The notes under the pieces: model-generated | What the model saw: the letters and a program-made list of their open reading frames with translations, nothing else | Told to the model about the DNA's origin: nothing | The model's database searches: none | In this document: positions 28,711 to 40,153 of the stretch, piece after piece | Numbering within the stretch: position 1 is the stretch's first letter | Layout: each line of letters begins with the position of its first letter | Program-made: the position numbers and the translations under genes | Assembly (NCBI GenBank): GCA_012840075.1 | Contig: DUMC01000133.1 | Coordinates: forward strand, 2,792-66,791 | Direction of reading: 5' to 3' | Source: Clostridiaceae bacterium | GTDB lineage: Bacteria; Bacillota; Clostridia; Acetivibrionales; DUMC01 | Length of the DNA: 64,000 nucleotides

Positions 28711-30894
28711 ATGTCAAAATTAATTAATAATAGTGAATTAAATAATAATGAATTAAATAAAGTAGTTGAGTTTCCTATAAACAATAAAAACACCATCAAC
28801 AAGTTTTTTGGAAATAATTCCTTTAATGATGCAGTCATGAGAGAAAGACTGCCCAAAAATATTTACAAGGCTCTCAGAAAAACTATAGATGAAGGTGCTC
28901 CCTTAGAACCGGAGATTGCAGAAGTTGTTGCAAATGCCATGAAAGACTGGGCTATAGAAAAAGGTGCTACACATTTTGCACATTGGTTTCAGCCAATGAC
29001 AGGTGTAACAGCAGAAAAACACGAATCATTCATTTCACCAACACATGAAGGCAAAGTAATAATGGAATTCTCAGGCAAGGAACTAATAAAAGGAGAACCT
29101 GATGCTTCATCTTTCCCCTCAGGAGGTCTTAGGGCAACATTTGAAGCAAGAGGATATACAGCTTGGGATTGTACCTCCCCGGCCTTTTTAAAAGAAGATA
29201 ATGCCGGAGTAACTTTATGCATTCCGACAGTTTTCTGTTCTTACAACGGAGAAGCTTTAGATGAAAAAACACCCCTTCTAAGATCAATGGAAGCCCTTTC
29301 AAAGCAAGCAGTCAGAATCTTAAGGCTATTTGGCAATACAAAGGTAAAACGTATATTTGCCACAGTTGGTCCTGAGCAGGAATACTTCCTTATAGATAAG
29401 GAATTGTTCAAAAAGAGGAAGGATTTAATGTATACAGGAAGAACCTTGTTCGGTGCAAAACCTCCAAAAGGACAGGAACTTGAAGATCATTATTTTAGAA
29501 GCATAAACGAAAGAGTATCTGCATTTATGAGAGAACTGAACATCGAACTCTGGAAATTAGGAGTTTCTGCAAAAACTCAACACAATGAAGTAGCTCCGTC
29601 TCAATATGAACTGGCTACAATATTTACAACGGCTAATATTGCAAATGACCATAACCAGATTATAATGGAATATTTGAAGAAAGTTGCAGATCGTCATGGC
29701 TTGGTATGCCTTCTGCATGAAAAACCTTTTTCATATATAAATGGTTCAGGAAAACATAACAATTGGTCTATAGCCACTGACGACGGTCAAAACCTTCTTG
29801 ATCCGGGATCTACTCCAAATGAAAATGCCCAGTTCCTTATTTTCTTATGTGCATTTATTAAAGCAGTGGATGAGTATCCGGAACTTCTTAGAGTTTCCGT
29901 AGCCAACCCTGGAAATGATCATAGGTTAGGTGCCAATGAAGCTCCGCCGGCAATTATTTCCCTCTACCTTGGTGAGCAGCTAACTAACATTCTGGAACAA
30001 CTAAAAAACGGCTCTACTGCTAAATGTACGAACGGACATTGCTACTTGGAAATTGGAGTTTCAACATTACCTCCTCTACCTAAAGATTCTACAGACCGCA
30101 ACAGAACCTCTCCTATTGCCTTCACAGGCAACAAATTTGAATTCAGAATGGTACCTTCATCAGGAACAATAGCAACTCCTAATACCGTATTAAATACGAT
30201 CATGGCTGAATCACTGGAGCAAATCGCCAATAGACTTGAAAAAGCAGAAGACTTCAGTTCTGAAGTGAAAAAAATTATTAAAGAAATTGTAGAAAAACAT
30301 ATGAGAATAGTGTTTAATGGCAATAACTACTCTGAAGAATGGGTTGAAGAAGCAAAAAGAAGAGGATTGCCGAATATAGAAGCGATGGTTTATGCAATTC
30401 CTCACATTATAGCTGAAAAATCAAAAAAGCTTTTTGAAAAGCATGGAGTATTTAGCGAATCCGAACTTAAAGCCAGATATGAAATACTGCTTGAAAGATA
30501 CATCAAGCAAATTGATATTGAAGCGGCAACCATGCTGAATATGGCCAAGACACAAATATTGCCCGCTAGTATCAAGTATTCCGAAAAATTGTCAGATGCA
30601 ATAAATAAAATTAAATCCGTAAGTTTGGAACTGGATTGCTCAAGTATAGAAAACATACTCAACAAGGTAGTGTATAATGTAAGAAAACTAGTGGACAGCA
30701 TTGATAAATTAGAAGCTCTCATGAACGAATCATCTGCATTGCATAATGACAAATACAAGCACGCTTGTTTTTCAAGAGAAAAAATATTCGCTGCCATGAA
30801 CGAGCTGAGAAAATATGCAGATACTCTTGAAACTCTAGTAGATAAGGACTTGTGGCCTTTCCCAACTTACGGAGAGCTCTTATACAGCATATAG
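28711..30894 (+). CDS. glnN: glutamine synthetase, type III
   Basis: ORF 28693-30894; ATG 28711 is preferred (AGGGG SD 8 nt upstream). The ~727-aa length and motifs ([41 protein letters not shown]) match GlnN-type GS. Confidence 0.88.
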   Translation: MSKLINNSELNNNELNKVVEFPINNKNTINKFFGNNSFNDAVMRERLPKNIYKALRKTIDEGAPLEPEIAEVVANAMKDWAIEKGATHFAHWFQPMTGVTAEKHESFISPTHEGKVIMEFSGKELIKGEPDASSFPSGGLRATFEARGYTAWDCTSPAFLKEDNAGVTLCIPTVFCSYNGEALDEKTPLLRSMEALSKQAVRILRLFGNTKVKRIFATVGPEQEYFLIDKELFKKRKDLMYTGRTLFGAKPPKGQELEDHYFRSINERVSAFMRELNIELWKLGVSAKTQHNEVAPSQYELATIFTTANIANDHNQIIMEYLKKVADRHGLVCLLHEKPFSYINGSGKHNNWSIATDDGQNLLDPGSTPNENAQFLIFLCAFIKAVDEYPELLRVSVANPGNDHRLGANEAPPAIISLYLGEQLTNILEQLKNGSTAKCTNGHCYLEIGVSTLPPLPKDSTDRNRTSPIAFTGNKFEFRMVPSSGTIATPNTVLNTIMAESLEQIANRLEKAEDFSSEVKKIIKEIVEKHMRIVFNGNNYSEEWVEEAKRRGLPNIEAMVYAIPHIIAEKSKKLFEKHGVFSESELKARYEILLERYIKQIDIEAATMLNMAKTQILPASIKYSEKLSDAINKIKSVSLELDCSSIENILNKVVYNVRKLVDSIDKLEALMNESSALHNDKYKHACFSREKIFAAMNELRKYADTLETLVDKDLWPFPTYGELLYSI

Positions 30895-31029
30895 AATAAG
30901 GCATTTAATATAATAAGTTTATTTCAGCATTTGACCGCAATATACATTACAATATACAGCCCAATATACGGCAAATTTGCGTAATACACAAACTATAAAT
31001 TAAAACGTCGCATACTAAAATGCTGCTTT

Positions 31030-31068
31030 ATAACAAATGCTGCTTTTGTATAAAGCAGCATTTGTTAT
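31030..31068. terminator. hairpin between convergent glnN and ANTAR genes (candidate bidirectional terminator)
   Basis: 17-bp perfect stem ataacaaatgctgcttt / aaagcagcatttgttat with a 5-nt loop. T-rich tract on the + side. Confidence 0.7.
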
Positions 31069-31073
31069 ATATT

Positions 31074-31652
31074 TTATTCTATCTCATTAGCTAAGATTAT
31101 GGCTTTTGCTATTTCTTTTAATGGAATTCCTTTATCCATGCTTTGCTTTTGCAATTTTCGGTGAGCCTCATTCTCAGTAATTCCATACTTTTTCATCAAA
31201 ATACCCTTGGCTTTTTCAACAATTTTCCTTTCTTCCAATTTTTCTTTAAGCGCACGAATTTCCTCCTTTAGTTTAATAGTTTTTTGATAATTAACAATTG
31301 AAAGCTGGACAGTTTGAAGCAGCGCTGATTTAGTTATCGGCCTTTGTAAGAAAACAATATCTATAGAATTATTACTATTAAGCCAAATATCCCCTTCACC
31401 AACGGCTCTTACTATTATTACGGGACCGATATCATTTTGTTGAACCACTTCTGCAATCTCCATTCCACTCATGCCTTGCAAGTTGCTGTCCATGATGATA
31501 AGATTAGGACGCAATGTGAGAATGCGTCTTATTGCCGATGTTCCATTTGTGGCTTGATCTACAACATCAAACCCGTTCGATATTAAAAAATACTTTACTT
31601 TTTTAAGCTCCTCTACATCATTTAGTGCTATAAAAATCTTGACATCAAACAT
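31074..31652 (-). CDS. ANTAR-domain RNA-binding antiterminator with N-terminal receiver-like domain
   Basis: 192 aa after an AAGGGAG SD. Receiver-like N-domain (LIIMDSNLQGMSG), coiled linker, C-terminal ANTAR helix bundle (ERKIVEKAKGILMKKYGITENEAHRKLQKQSMDKGIPLKEIAKAII). Confidence 0.88.
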   Translation of the reverse strand: MFDVKIFIALNDVEELKKVKYFLISNGFDVVDQATNGTSAIRRILTLRPNLIIMDSNLQGMSGMEIAEVVQQNDIGPVIIVRAVGEGDIWLNSNNSIDIVFLQRPITKSALLQTVQLSIVNYQKTIKLKEEIRALKEKLEERKIVEKAKGILMKKYGITENEAHRKLQKQSMDKGIPLKEIAKAIILANEIE

Positions 31653-31869
31653 CCATAAGCTCCCTTGCTCATCTTGGAGAATCCGAACTATTATGAAGAT
31701 TAAACCACTTTACTTGTTTACTTAGTTGCGTTACATTAATTTTAATATTATGATATTAATTATTATATCATAGCGGAAAATCATAGCAAAGATTCATTAA
31801 TACAAAGATACATTTAAAAATTATGAAGTAATATATTCATAATGCTGTAATATTAAGGAGAGGTTATAA

Positions 31870-32670
31870 ATGATAATTGACATACACACTCATTGTTTTC
31901 CGGATGAGCTGGCAGCAAGAACAATTCCATTTTTAGCTCAGAAAGCAAACATTCCTGCTTACCTGAACGGTACCATAAAAGGATTGAAGGAATCCATGAG
32001 CAAAGCAGGAATTGATATAAGTGTGCTCCAGCCTATAGCCACAAAGCCTCAACAAACAATCGGAGTGAATCGCTGGGCAATTAATGTGCAAGATGAAGAT
32101 ATAATAACTTTCGGCACCATTCATCCTGACTTTCCTGATTGGAAAAACGAAATAAAGATGCTGAAAGAAGCGGGAATTAAAGGTATTAAGTTCCATCCTG
32201 AGTATCAGAATTTTTTTGTAGATGATGAAAAACTTTTTCCTGTTTACGAAACTTTGTTTGAGGAAAACTTTATTATTATTTTTCATGCAGGTGTAGATCT
32301 GGGATTTCAAGAGCCATATCATTGTACCCCTGCCAGATTGAGAAAAGTTATCGATACATTTCCAGGCAGTGTAGTAATTGCTGCTCACATGGGAGGATAC
32401 AGATATTGGAATGATGTTGAAAAATATTTAGTAGGAAGAAATATATATTTTGATACTTCATTTTCCTTTAATGATTTGGGACCTTCAGGCATGGAAACCC
32501 TCATAAAATCACACGGTCATGACAGGATATTTTTTGGTTCAGATTCCCCATGGGCTGACCAATTAAGAGAAGTTTCACGTATAAAGTCCTTAAATTTAAG
32601 TATTGAAGAAATAAACGCAATTTTAGGAGGAAATGCCGCAAGGTTATTAAAATTAAGGTGTTCAGGATAA
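31870..32670 (+). CDS. metal-dependent TIM-barrel amidohydrolase family protein
   Basis: 266 aa after an AAGGAGAGG SD. MIIDIHTHCFPDE...IAAHMGG...FGSDSPW is the amidohydrolase-2-like signature. Confidence 0.7.
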   Translation: MIIDIHTHCFPDELAARTIPFLAQKANIPAYLNGTIKGLKESMSKAGIDISVLQPIATKPQQTIGVNRWAINVQDEDIITFGTIHPDFPDWKNEIKMLKEAGIKGIKFHPEYQNFFVDDEKLFPVYETLFEENFIIIFHAGVDLGFQEPYHCTPARLRKVIDTFPGSVVIAAHMGGYRYWNDVEKYLVGRNIYFDTSFSFNDLGPSGMETLIKSHGHDRIFFGSDSPWADQLREVSRIKSLNLSIEEINAILGGNAARLLKLRCSG

Positions 32671-32717
32671 TAAACAACAAAATTTTAAAATTAAAGAATT
32701 ATTGTATTATAAAACAA

Positions 32718-32743
32718 AAGAAGGAACTTTAAAGTTCCTTCTT
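32718..32743. terminator. palindromic hairpin; terminator for the minus-strand trp/tRNA-His transcript and possibly the amidohydrolase gene
   Basis: aagaaggaacttt / aaagttccttctt. On the minus strand it is followed by TTTTGTTTT. Confidence 0.65.
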
Positions 32744-32769
32744 CAATATATTTAATTGGATTTTTCACC

Positions 32770-32927
<158 letters not shown>

Positions 32928-32929
32928 TA

Positions 32930-32958
32930 ATTTTAAGCTACATTTATAGTTTTGTCAA
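32930..32958 (-). promoter_or_regulatory. predicted sigma-A promoter in front of tRNA-His
   Basis: Minus strand: TTGACA (32958-32953), 17-nt spacer, TAAAAT (32935-32930). It lies 9 nt after the trpA stop. Confidence 0.45.
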
Positions 32959-32966
32959 GAGAAATT

Positions 32967-33770
32967 TTAAGATTCATCCAAAGCTTTTCTTAATGAAGCC
33001 ACAAATTCTCCTACATTCTTAACAGCTTCTTCAATGGTAGTGCTCTCACCTATTCTCCTTACAATTGCACTTCCGATAATTAACCCATCACTGTATCCTT
33101 TTAACATTTTTACATGTTCAGGTGTGGATATACCAAACCCTATAGCTTTCGGTATGCTTGTAGAATCATTAATAACGGAAAAAAATTCATTAAAATCCGT
33201 GCTAAATTTTTCTCGTTCTCCTGTTACTCCCAGTGATGAAACACAATATAAAAAACCCCTTGCTCTTTTTGCTATTCTTTTAATCCTTTCACCGGATGTA
33301 GGAGAAACTAATGTAATAACATCAATTATATCTTCGTATTTTGTTGAAACATCCTCTATTTCACTTAATTCCTCAAAAGGAAGGTCCGGAATAATTAATC
33401 CGTCTATACCACATTCCATGCACTCTTCGAAAAATTTTTCTATTCCATACTGTAGAATGCAGTTATAGTAAAGTAAGTATATTAAAGGTACTTTTACTTT
33501 ATTTCTTATTTCTCTAACCATATTCATTATATCTTTTATCTTTATATCATTCATAAGGGCTCGTTTGTTAGCTTCCTGTATGACTGGTCCTTCTGCAATC
33601 GGATCGGAATAAGGGATTCCAAGTTCTATTATATCGGCACCTCCGCGTTCAAGTTCCTCAACAATTTGAATAGTACCGTTTATTGTGGGATCTCCTGCTG
33701 TCACAAATGCAATCAAAGCTTTTTTATTCATTCTTTTTAATTCCCGGAATTTTTCACTGATTCTACTCAT
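32967..33770 (-). CDS. trpA: tryptophan synthase alpha chain
   Basis: 267 aa. FVTAGDP...ADIIELGIPYSDPIAEGPVIQ...GFGISTPEHV. The start overlaps the trpB stop (TAATG). Confidence 0.93.
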   Translation of the reverse strand: MSRISEKFRELKRMNKKALIAFVTAGDPTINGTIQIVEELERGGADIIELGIPYSDPIAEGPVIQEANKRALMNDIKIKDIMNMVREIRNKVKVPLIYLLYYNCILQYGIEKFFEECMECGIDGLIIPDLPFEELSEIEDVSTKYEDIIDVITLVSPTSGERIKRIAKRARGFLYCVSSLGVTGEREKFSTDFNEFFSVINDSTSIPKAIGFGISTPEHVKMLKGYSDGLIIGSAIVRRIGESTTIEEAVKNVGEFVASLRKALDES

Positions 33771-35050
33771 TACAAATCCACCCCCATATACTTCGCAACG
33801 GAGTAAACATCCTTATCTCCTCTGCCTGAAAGATTTATGATTATTGTTTTTTCTTTAGAAAGTTTAGGTGCCAGCTTCATTGCATAGGCTACGGCATGAG
33901 CACTTTCTATCGCAGGTAGTATTCCTTCTATTCGTGAAAGATATTTAAATGCCTCTACTGCTTCATCATCCGTAACGGCAACATACTCCACCCTTCCTAT
34001 CTCGTGCAGATATGCATGTTCAGGACCTATTCCGGGATAATCGAGTCCGGCGGAAATAGAATAAACCGGCATTATCTGTCCGTCGGAATCCTGCAAAAAG
34101 TATGATTTCATTCCATGCAATACCCCTATACTGCCCTTTGAAATAGCAGCAGCATGTTCATTAGTATCCAGACCTTTGCCTGCTGCTTCAACTCCTACCA
34201 TATTAACGTCTTTATCTTCAAGAAACGGGTGAAAAAGCCCTATTGCATTGCTTCCCCCACCCACGCAAGCTATTAGATAATCGGGATATCTGCCTTCCTT
34301 TTCAATTATTTGTTCTTTTACTTCTTTTCCAATAACACTCTGAAAGTCACGGACAATAGTAGGATAAGGATGTGGTCCGACTACTGAGCCTATTACGTAA
34401 AAAGTGTCATTTGCTCTTGACGACCATTCTCTTAAAGCCTCATTAGTTGCATCTTTCAAAGTTCCGGTCCCCGATTTTACTTCTCTGACATCTGCACCTA
34501 AGAGTTTCATCCTGAATACATTTAGGGATTGCCTTTTCATATCCTCTGCCCCCATAAAAACCTCGCACTCCATGTCAAAGAGCGCAGCTGCCGTGGCTGT
34601 GGCAACACCGTGTTGACCTGCACCTGTTTCGGCAATAACTCTTTTCTTACCCATTCTTTTTGCAAGTAATACCTGCCCTAATACATTATTTATTTTATGT
34701 GAACCTGTATGATTTAAATCTTCACGTTTCAAATAGATTTTTGCTCCTCCCAAATCTTTGGTCATTCTTTTAGCGTAATATAACAATGAAGGTCTATTTG
34801 CATATTCATTAAGGTAGAATATAAATTCCTTATTGAAATCCTCATCATCTTTATACTTCAAATATGCGTTTTCCAGCTCAATTAAGGCATTCATAAGAGT
34901 TTCCGGAGCAAACCTTCCTCCGAATTTTCCAAACCTTCCATGCCCGTAACCTTTATTTTCCATTTTATTATCTCTGCTTTTATTTCTGATATCATCCCTA
35001 TTATTATCTCTTCTAATTACATCCTCCATTTCCTTCAAATGACCGACCAT
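33770..35050 (-). CDS. trpB: tryptophan synthase beta chain (with ~29-aa charged N-terminal extension if ATG 35050 is used)
   Basis: [18 protein letters not shown] lysine in [17 protein letters not shown]. An AAGAAGG SD precedes ATG 35050; the alternative ATG 34963 has only a weak SD. Confidence 0.92.
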   Translation of the reverse strand: MVGHLKEMEDVIRRDNNRDDIRNKSRDNKMENKGYGHGRFGKFGGRFAPETLMNALIELENAYLKYKDDEDFNKEFIFYLNEYANRPSLLYYAKRMTKDLGGAKIYLKREDLNHTGSHKINNVLGQVLLAKRMGKKRVIAETGAGQHGVATATAAALFDMECEVFMGAEDMKRQSLNVFRMKLLGADVREVKSGTGTLKDATNEALREWSSRANDTFYVIGSVVGPHPYPTIVRDFQSVIGKEVKEQIIEKEGRYPDYLIACVGGGSNAIGLFHPFLEDKDVNMVGVEAAGKGLDTNEHAAAISKGSIGVLHGMKSYFLQDSDGQIMPVYSISAGLDYPGIGPEHAYLHEIGRVEYVAVTDDEAVEAFKYLSRIEGILPAIESAHAVAYAMKLAPKLSKEKTIIINLSGRGDKDVYSVAKYMGVDL

Positions 35051-35219
35051 ACCACATACCTTCTTTCCGTTTATTTTCTTTCAACTTTAAATGTTTAAAA
35101 ATCCCTTTTAAATTGATTTGATTTCGTTTTAGGTATATTTAACTTATGTGAAGAAATATTTGTTAAGTGCACCCTTTAGTTTTCGTTTTGAAAATAAAAC
35201 TAATAATTCAAACATAACC

Positions 35220-35873
35220 CTATTTTAAGCATTTTATGCTATTGATAAATGCCTTTATTTTTTCCCTATCCTTAAAACCGTTAGTTTCTACCCCGCTGCT
35301 TACATCAACTACCATAGGATCAGCTTGTTTTATGGCTTCTATTATATTTTCGCTATTAAGCCCCCCCGCCAGGATTATTTTTCCGAATTTTCGTGCTTGG
35401 CGCGCTATATTCCAATCAAATGACTTACCGGTACCGCCGTAACTGCCCTCTACAAAAGTATCCAGCAGAATTCCGTCTATATCTTTAAATTCAAAACTTT
35501 CCAACTCTTTTAAGGACTCCGTGTTTTTAATTTTAAAACTCTTCCAAATTTCCAAATTTAAGCTTCTTTTTTGTACAAGATTTTTGAGATCTCTTATATA
35601 GTCATTTGTTTCATCCCCGTGAAGCTGGATACAGTCAAGAGAACAAAATTCCGCTATGTTAATTACTTCCTCCGGCTGTTCATTAACAAACACTCCAACT
35701 TTTTTGATTTTTGGATCCAGTATGCATCCTAGCTCTCTAGCAAACTCCTTTGCAACCTGTCTTCTGCTCTTTGAGAATACAAAACCGACATAGTCAGGGA
35801 AAAACTCATTAGCATAGCAAATATCCTCGTACCTCCTTAAACCGCAGATTTTTATTAAAGGCATTTTTTTCAT
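35220..35873 (-). CDS. trpF: phosphoribosylanthranilate isomerase
   Basis: IKICGL...DYVGFVF...IQLHGDE...ILAGGL. The start may be ATG 35864 instead, judged by SD spacing. Confidence 0.88.
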   Translation of the reverse strand: MKKMPLIKICGLRRYEDICYANEFFPDYVGFVFSKSRRQVAKEFARELGCILDPKIKKVGVFVNEQPEEVINIAEFCSLDCIQLHGDETNDYIRDLKNLVQKRSLNLEIWKSFKIKNTESLKELESFEFKDIDGILLDTFVEGSYGGTGKSFDWNIARQARKFGKIILAGGLNSENIIEAIKQADPMVVDVSSGVETNGFKDREKIKAFINSIKCLK

Positions 35874-35962
35874 TCCCTTCAGTAAATAACTTCAGCAAAT
35901 AATATTTAACCGTCTACAATAACTAAATAAAAAATAATTTACCTTTTACGACAACCAAAGAA

Positions 35963-36772
35963 TTAAACACATGCAAAACGTAATTCATTTACCTTATCCT
36001 TTATGGAGGATGCTCTCATAAAAGTTTCTCCAATAAGGACTGCGTTAACACCAAGGGATTTTAAGTACTTAATATCCTCAGGTGTTTTAATCCCGCTTTC
36101 GCTAACAACTGCCCTATCATGCGGAATATAGTTAATTAGCTTTTCAGTATTTCGGATATCAACTTCAAATGTCTTTAAATTCCTATTGTTAATACCAATT
36201 ATTCTTGCACCTGATTCCAGCACCCTTTCAAGTTCTTCCCTGTCATGTACTTCAACCAGGCATTGCATTCCAAGTATTTCTGCAACTATTTGAAATTTTT
36301 TTAATTCCTCGTCTGACAGAATAGAAGCTATCAACAATACTGCATCCGCGCCAAGGCATCTGGATTGATAAACTTGCCATACATCTATAATAAAGTCTTT
36401 TCTTAATATCGGCAGTGCGCATGACTGCCTTATTTTCACCAGGTGCTCGTCATCACCTTTAAAATAATCCCGTTCAGTTAAAACAGATATTGCCTGTACT
36501 TTTGCTTGTTGATATTCCTTAGCTATTTCCAAGGGATCGAAATCTTCTTTTATTATTCCTTTAGAAGGTGAAGCTTTTTTAACTTCAGCTATTATTGAGA
36601 TATTTGAAGTGCTGTTGTCACTTCCTGAGTTAATCTTTATGGAATTATAAAAATCTATAGGTTTATGAAGACCCGGTCTTTTTATTTGTTGTTTCCAACC
36701 TTCTATCGATATTCTTGCCATTTCATTTTTTAATCGCTTTTTCTTCTTCTCCAGAATATTTTCCAAAATCAT
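35963..36772 (-). CDS. trpC: indole-3-glycerol phosphate synthase
   Basis: ORF 35963-36784 (TTG). ATG 36772 is preferred (TGGAGG SD 5 nt upstream). IIAEVKKASPSKG...ILRKDFI...IGINNRNL. Confidence 0.9.
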   Translation of the reverse strand: MILENILEKKKKRLKNEMARISIEGWKQQIKRPGLHKPIDFYNSIKINSGSDNSTSNISIIAEVKKASPSKGIIKEDFDPLEIAKEYQQAKVQAISVLTERDYFKGDDEHLVKIRQSCALPILRKDFIIDVWQVYQSRCLGADAVLLIASILSDEELKKFQIVAEILGMQCLVEVHDREELERVLESGARIIGINNRNLKTFEVDIRNTEKLINYIPHDRAVVSESGIKTPEDIKYLKSLGVNAVLIGETFMRASSIKDKVNELRFACV

Positions 36773-36801
36773 ATTTACCTCCAAATTGAATGATTGTTCA
36801 C

Positions 36802-37818
36802 TTATTGAAAAGAATTTGAGTATTCTTTTAATTCTTCTAATTTTTTAAGTGCCATTCCTGAATCTATTATCTCTTCGGCGATTTTTATTCCTTCGCTAAT
36901 TGAATTTGCTACCTTTCCTACGTAAAGAGAAGCTGCGGCATTTAACAAAACTATCTCCCTTTTAGCTCCTTTTTCTCCCTGAAGAACAGAAATGATTATA
37001 CGAGAGTTTTCTTCTGCGCTACCTCCAACCAGATCTTTTTTCGAAGCAGGTTTAAATCCGTAATCCTGTGGATCTAATTCATACGTTTCAATATTCCCGC
37101 ATTTAATTTCAGTAATCTTGGTTTTGGTTGTAGTAGTTATTTCATCCATCCCGTCCATTCCATGAACAACGAGGGCTCTTTCAACTCCCAAATTCATTAA
37201 TACTTTTGCTACTATTTCAGTAAGATGCTCGGCAAAAACCCCAAGTACCTGTCCTTTTGCATTTGCAGGATTCGTCAATGGTCCCAGTATATTGAAAATT
37301 GTTCTTATTCCAAGCTCTTTTCTAACATTTGCCGCATATTTCATTGATTTGTGAAAAACAGGTGCAAAAAGAAATCCTATACCTACGTTTTCGATGCAAC
37401 TTTTTACTTGATCAGGAGTTAGATTTATATTTATACCGAGATTCTCCAAAACATCAGCACTCCCACATTTGCTTGAGACCGAACGATTACCGTGTTTTGC
37501 AATTGGAACTCCTGCCGCTGATGCAATAAAAGCCGCCGCCGTTGAAATATTGAAGGTATTGGTACCGTCTCCCCCCGTACCGCATGTGTCGATATAATAA
37601 CTTACTGAAGGATTTATTGCTTCTGCTTTTTGTCTCATGACTTTTGCACAGCCGGTGATTTCTTCTATAGTTTCACCTTTTATTCTAAGCGCTGTGATGA
37701 AGCTTCCTATTTGAGAATCAGTGGCTTCGCCGCTCATTATGCAATTGAGGGCACCTGCAGCTTCCTGCTCAGTTAAACTTTTCCTGTCAGCTAATTTTGA
37801 TATTGCAAATCTAATCAT
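36802..37818 (-). CDS. trpD: anthranilate phosphoribosyltransferase
   Basis: ORF 36802-37863. ATG 37818 is preferred (AGGAGA SD 6 nt upstream; no SD before 37863). DTCGTGGDGTNTFNISTAAA...KHGNRSVSS. Confidence 0.9.
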   Translation of the reverse strand: MIRFAISKLADRKSLTEQEAAGALNCIMSGEATDSQIGSFITALRIKGETIEEITGCAKVMRQKAEAINPSVSYYIDTCGTGGDGTNTFNISTAAAFIASAAGVPIAKHGNRSVSSKCGSADVLENLGININLTPDQVKSCIENVGIGFLFAPVFHKSMKYAANVRKELGIRTIFNILGPLTNPANAKGQVLGVFAEHLTEIVAKVLMNLGVERALVVHGMDGMDEITTTTKTKITEIKCGNIETYELDPQDYGFKPASKKDLVGGSAEENSRIIISVLQGEKGAKREIVLLNAAASLYVGKVANSISEGIKIAEEIIDSGMALKKLEELKEYSNSFQ

Positions 37819-37963
37819 AATAACTCTCCTCTCTTCTAATCTCTTTTCATAATCTCTTCTCATCTAAGCTATAAAATTTAGGTGATATATAAGAGGGTAT
37901 AAAAATTTCTCAAAAAAGCTCTTCATCAGGTGTAATGTTTAAACCCAATGCGAAATTTGCAAC

Positions 37964-38563
37964 TCAACATTTGATATTTAAAAAATTTCTTATAATTTGC
38001 TTCCCGTCCGGCGTTAATATAGACTCCGGATGAAACTGAACTCCGAATACAGGGTACTCGACATGCTTTAATCCCATTACTTCCCCGTCCCTGGTAGTGG
38101 CTGTTATTTTCAAATTCATAGGAACGGTTTCTTTTTTTACTATCAGTGAATGGTATCTTCCGGCTGTTATTTTCTCCGGCAACTCTTTGAATAATTCACA
38201 CTCTACATCTACATTTATGATAGACGCTTTACCATGCATTAATTTTTTCGCATGAACTACTTCCGCTCCGTATGCCTCACCTATTGCTTGATGCCCCAGG
38301 CATATTCCAAGTAAAGGGATTCTTCCTCCTAACCTTTTTATTAACTCAACACATATCCCTGCATCCTTTGGAAACCCCGGTCCTGGTGAAAGTATGATAT
38401 GTGAAGGTTTTCTCTCCACAATTTCTTCAATCGTTATTTCATCATTTCTGTAGACTTCAATATCTGTTCTTATTTCTCCAACATATTGAAACAGATTGTA
38501 TGTGAATGAATCATAATTATCTATAATTATAATTTTACCGGTATAAATATTTTTTTCTATCAT
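37964..38563 (-). CDS. trpG: anthranilate synthase component II (glutamine amidotransferase)
   Basis: IIIIDNYDSFTYNL, catalytic GICLGHQAIG, GVQFHPES. ATGA overlap with trpE. Confidence 0.92.
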   Translation of the reverse strand: MIEKNIYTGKIIIIDNYDSFTYNLFQYVGEIRTDIEVYRNDEITIEEIVERKPSHIILSPGPGFPKDAGICVELIKRLGGRIPLLGICLGHQAIGEAYGAEVVHAKKLMHGKASIINVDVECELFKELPEKITAGRYHSLIVKKETVPMNLKITATTRDGEVMGLKHVEYPVFGVQFHPESILTPDGKQIIRNFLNIKC

Positions 38564-40047
38564 CTGATTTTCTTCACCTCTTCCAAAGCTTTTAATAAAG
38601 CTCTGCCTTTATTTATACACTCTTCATATTCCAACTCAAGTTTCGAATCCGCAACTATCCCAGCTCCTACTTGGATATAAGCTTTTCCGTCCTTAAAAAT
38701 AATCGTTCTGATAATAATACAACTGTCAAGGTTTCCGTTAAAGCTTAAATATCCAATTGCTCCCCCGTACGGACCTCTTTTCACATTTTCAAGTTCATCG
38801 ATAATCTCCATGGCTCGTATTTTTGGTGCTCCTGACAATGTTCCCGCCGGCATTACCGACATTAGGGCATCAAAGGGCGTTTTGTCCTCTCTTAATTCTC
38901 CTTGGATATTTGTAACCATATGCATCACGTGTGAATATTTTTCTATGTGCATTAAATTTTGAACTTTTACGGTGCCAAATTTAGAAACTTTTCCAATATC
39001 GTTTCTTCCGAGATCCACCAACATAACATGTTCAGCAATTTCTTTTTCATCTGAAAGCAAATCCTTTTCATTTGCTTCATCTTCCTCTTTGGTCTCTCCA
39101 CGCTTTCTAGTACCGGCTATGGGACGTGTTTCAACTATTCCGTTTTCAACCCTAACCAGCATTTCCGGAGAAGAGCCTGCTATTGTATAATCTTTAAATT
39201 TAAGATAGTACATATACGGTGACGGATTTATCGTTCGTATGGCCCTGTAAACATTAAAGGATGTCTGTGACGTTTTTACGCAAAATCTTTGAGATAAAAC
39301 AACCTGAAATATATCGCCGTTTTTAATATACTCCTTTGCCTTTTTTACCATATTGCAATATTCTTCTTTAGTGACATTGCTTGTGAACTCAGGACTGGAA
39401 TCTTCTTTTGCTGTTTGATATCCCTGCTTTAAATCGTTAAGTTTCCACCTGCTGTCGATTATGTCTTTGTAGATTTTTTTGATCCTGTCAATAACTGTAT
39501 AATAGTTTCTTTCAATGTTTTCATTTACTTGTAGATTTACAATGATATGGATTTTCTGTTTCAAATGGTCAAAGGCTAAAACTTCATCAACAAACATAAA
39601 ATGGCATTCAGGCAATTTCAAATCATCTTCCGGAACATTAGGCAAACGTTCATAATATCGTACAATATCATATCCAAAAAAGCCAACGGCACCACCGTTA
39701 AACCTCGGAAGGTTGGGAAGATTAACACCTCTGTATTTTTCCATGAGTTTTTCTATGATTCCTACAGGATTTTCCTTTTCTATAATTTTACATCCATCCT
39801 TGTCAATGATTTCCGTTGTATTGTTATAACTTTTTACTATGAGGAACGGGTTTTTACCTATAAAAGAATATCTTGCCCACTTTTCTCCACCTTCCACGCT
39901 TTCAAGCAAAAAGCAATACTCGTCATTTTTAAATCTTTTAAATAAACTAATAGGTGTTTCCATATCAGCATATACTTCCATTGATATAGGTATTACATTA
40001 TAGGATTTAGACAAACGCTTAACCTCATCTAAATTAGGATAAAACAC
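38560..40047 (-). CDS. trpE: anthranilate synthase component I
   Basis: 495 aa; GTG start 7 nt after an AAAGGAGGA SD. GDIFQVVLSQRF...NPSPYMYYL...GTLSGAPKIRAMEII...GPYGGAIGY. Confidence 0.92.
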   Translation of the reverse strand: MFYPNLDEVKRLSKSYNVIPISMEVYADMETPISLFKRFKNDEYCFLLESVEGGEKWARYSFIGKNPFLIVKSYNNTTEIIDKDGCKIIEKENPVGIIEKLMEKYRGVNLPNLPRFNGGAVGFFGYDIVRYYERLPNVPEDDLKLPECHFMFVDEVLAFDHLKQKIHIIVNLQVNENIERNYYTVIDRIKKIYKDIIDSRWKLNDLKQGYQTAKEDSSPEFTSNVTKEEYCNMVKKAKEYIKNGDIFQVVLSQRFCVKTSQTSFNVYRAIRTINPSPYMYYLKFKDYTIAGSSPEMLVRVENGIVETRPIAGTRKRGETKEEDEANEKDLLSDEKEIAEHVMLVDLGRNDIGKVSKFGTVKVQNLMHIEKYSHVMHMVTNIQGELREDKTPFDALMSVMPAGTLSGAPKIRAMEIIDELENVKRGPYGGAIGYLSFNGNLDSCIIIRTIIFKDGKAYIQVGAGIVADSKLELEYEECINKGRALLKALEEVKKIR

Positions 40048-40054
40048 TATGAAA

Positions 40055-40076
40055 TCCTCCTTTTCTCAAAGGAAGA
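40055..40076 (-). promoter_or_regulatory. Shine-Dalgarno-sequestering hairpin of trpE
   Basis: mRNA UCUUCCUUU-GAGA-AAAGGAGGA: a 9-bp stem (one G-U) that buries the trpE SD. Confidence 0.55.
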
Positions 40077-40153
40077 CACGAGACAAGACTTCTCTGCCAG
40101 ATTACTCTATCTTATTGATCTACCAGATTTGATATATTTGATTTGATTTGACC

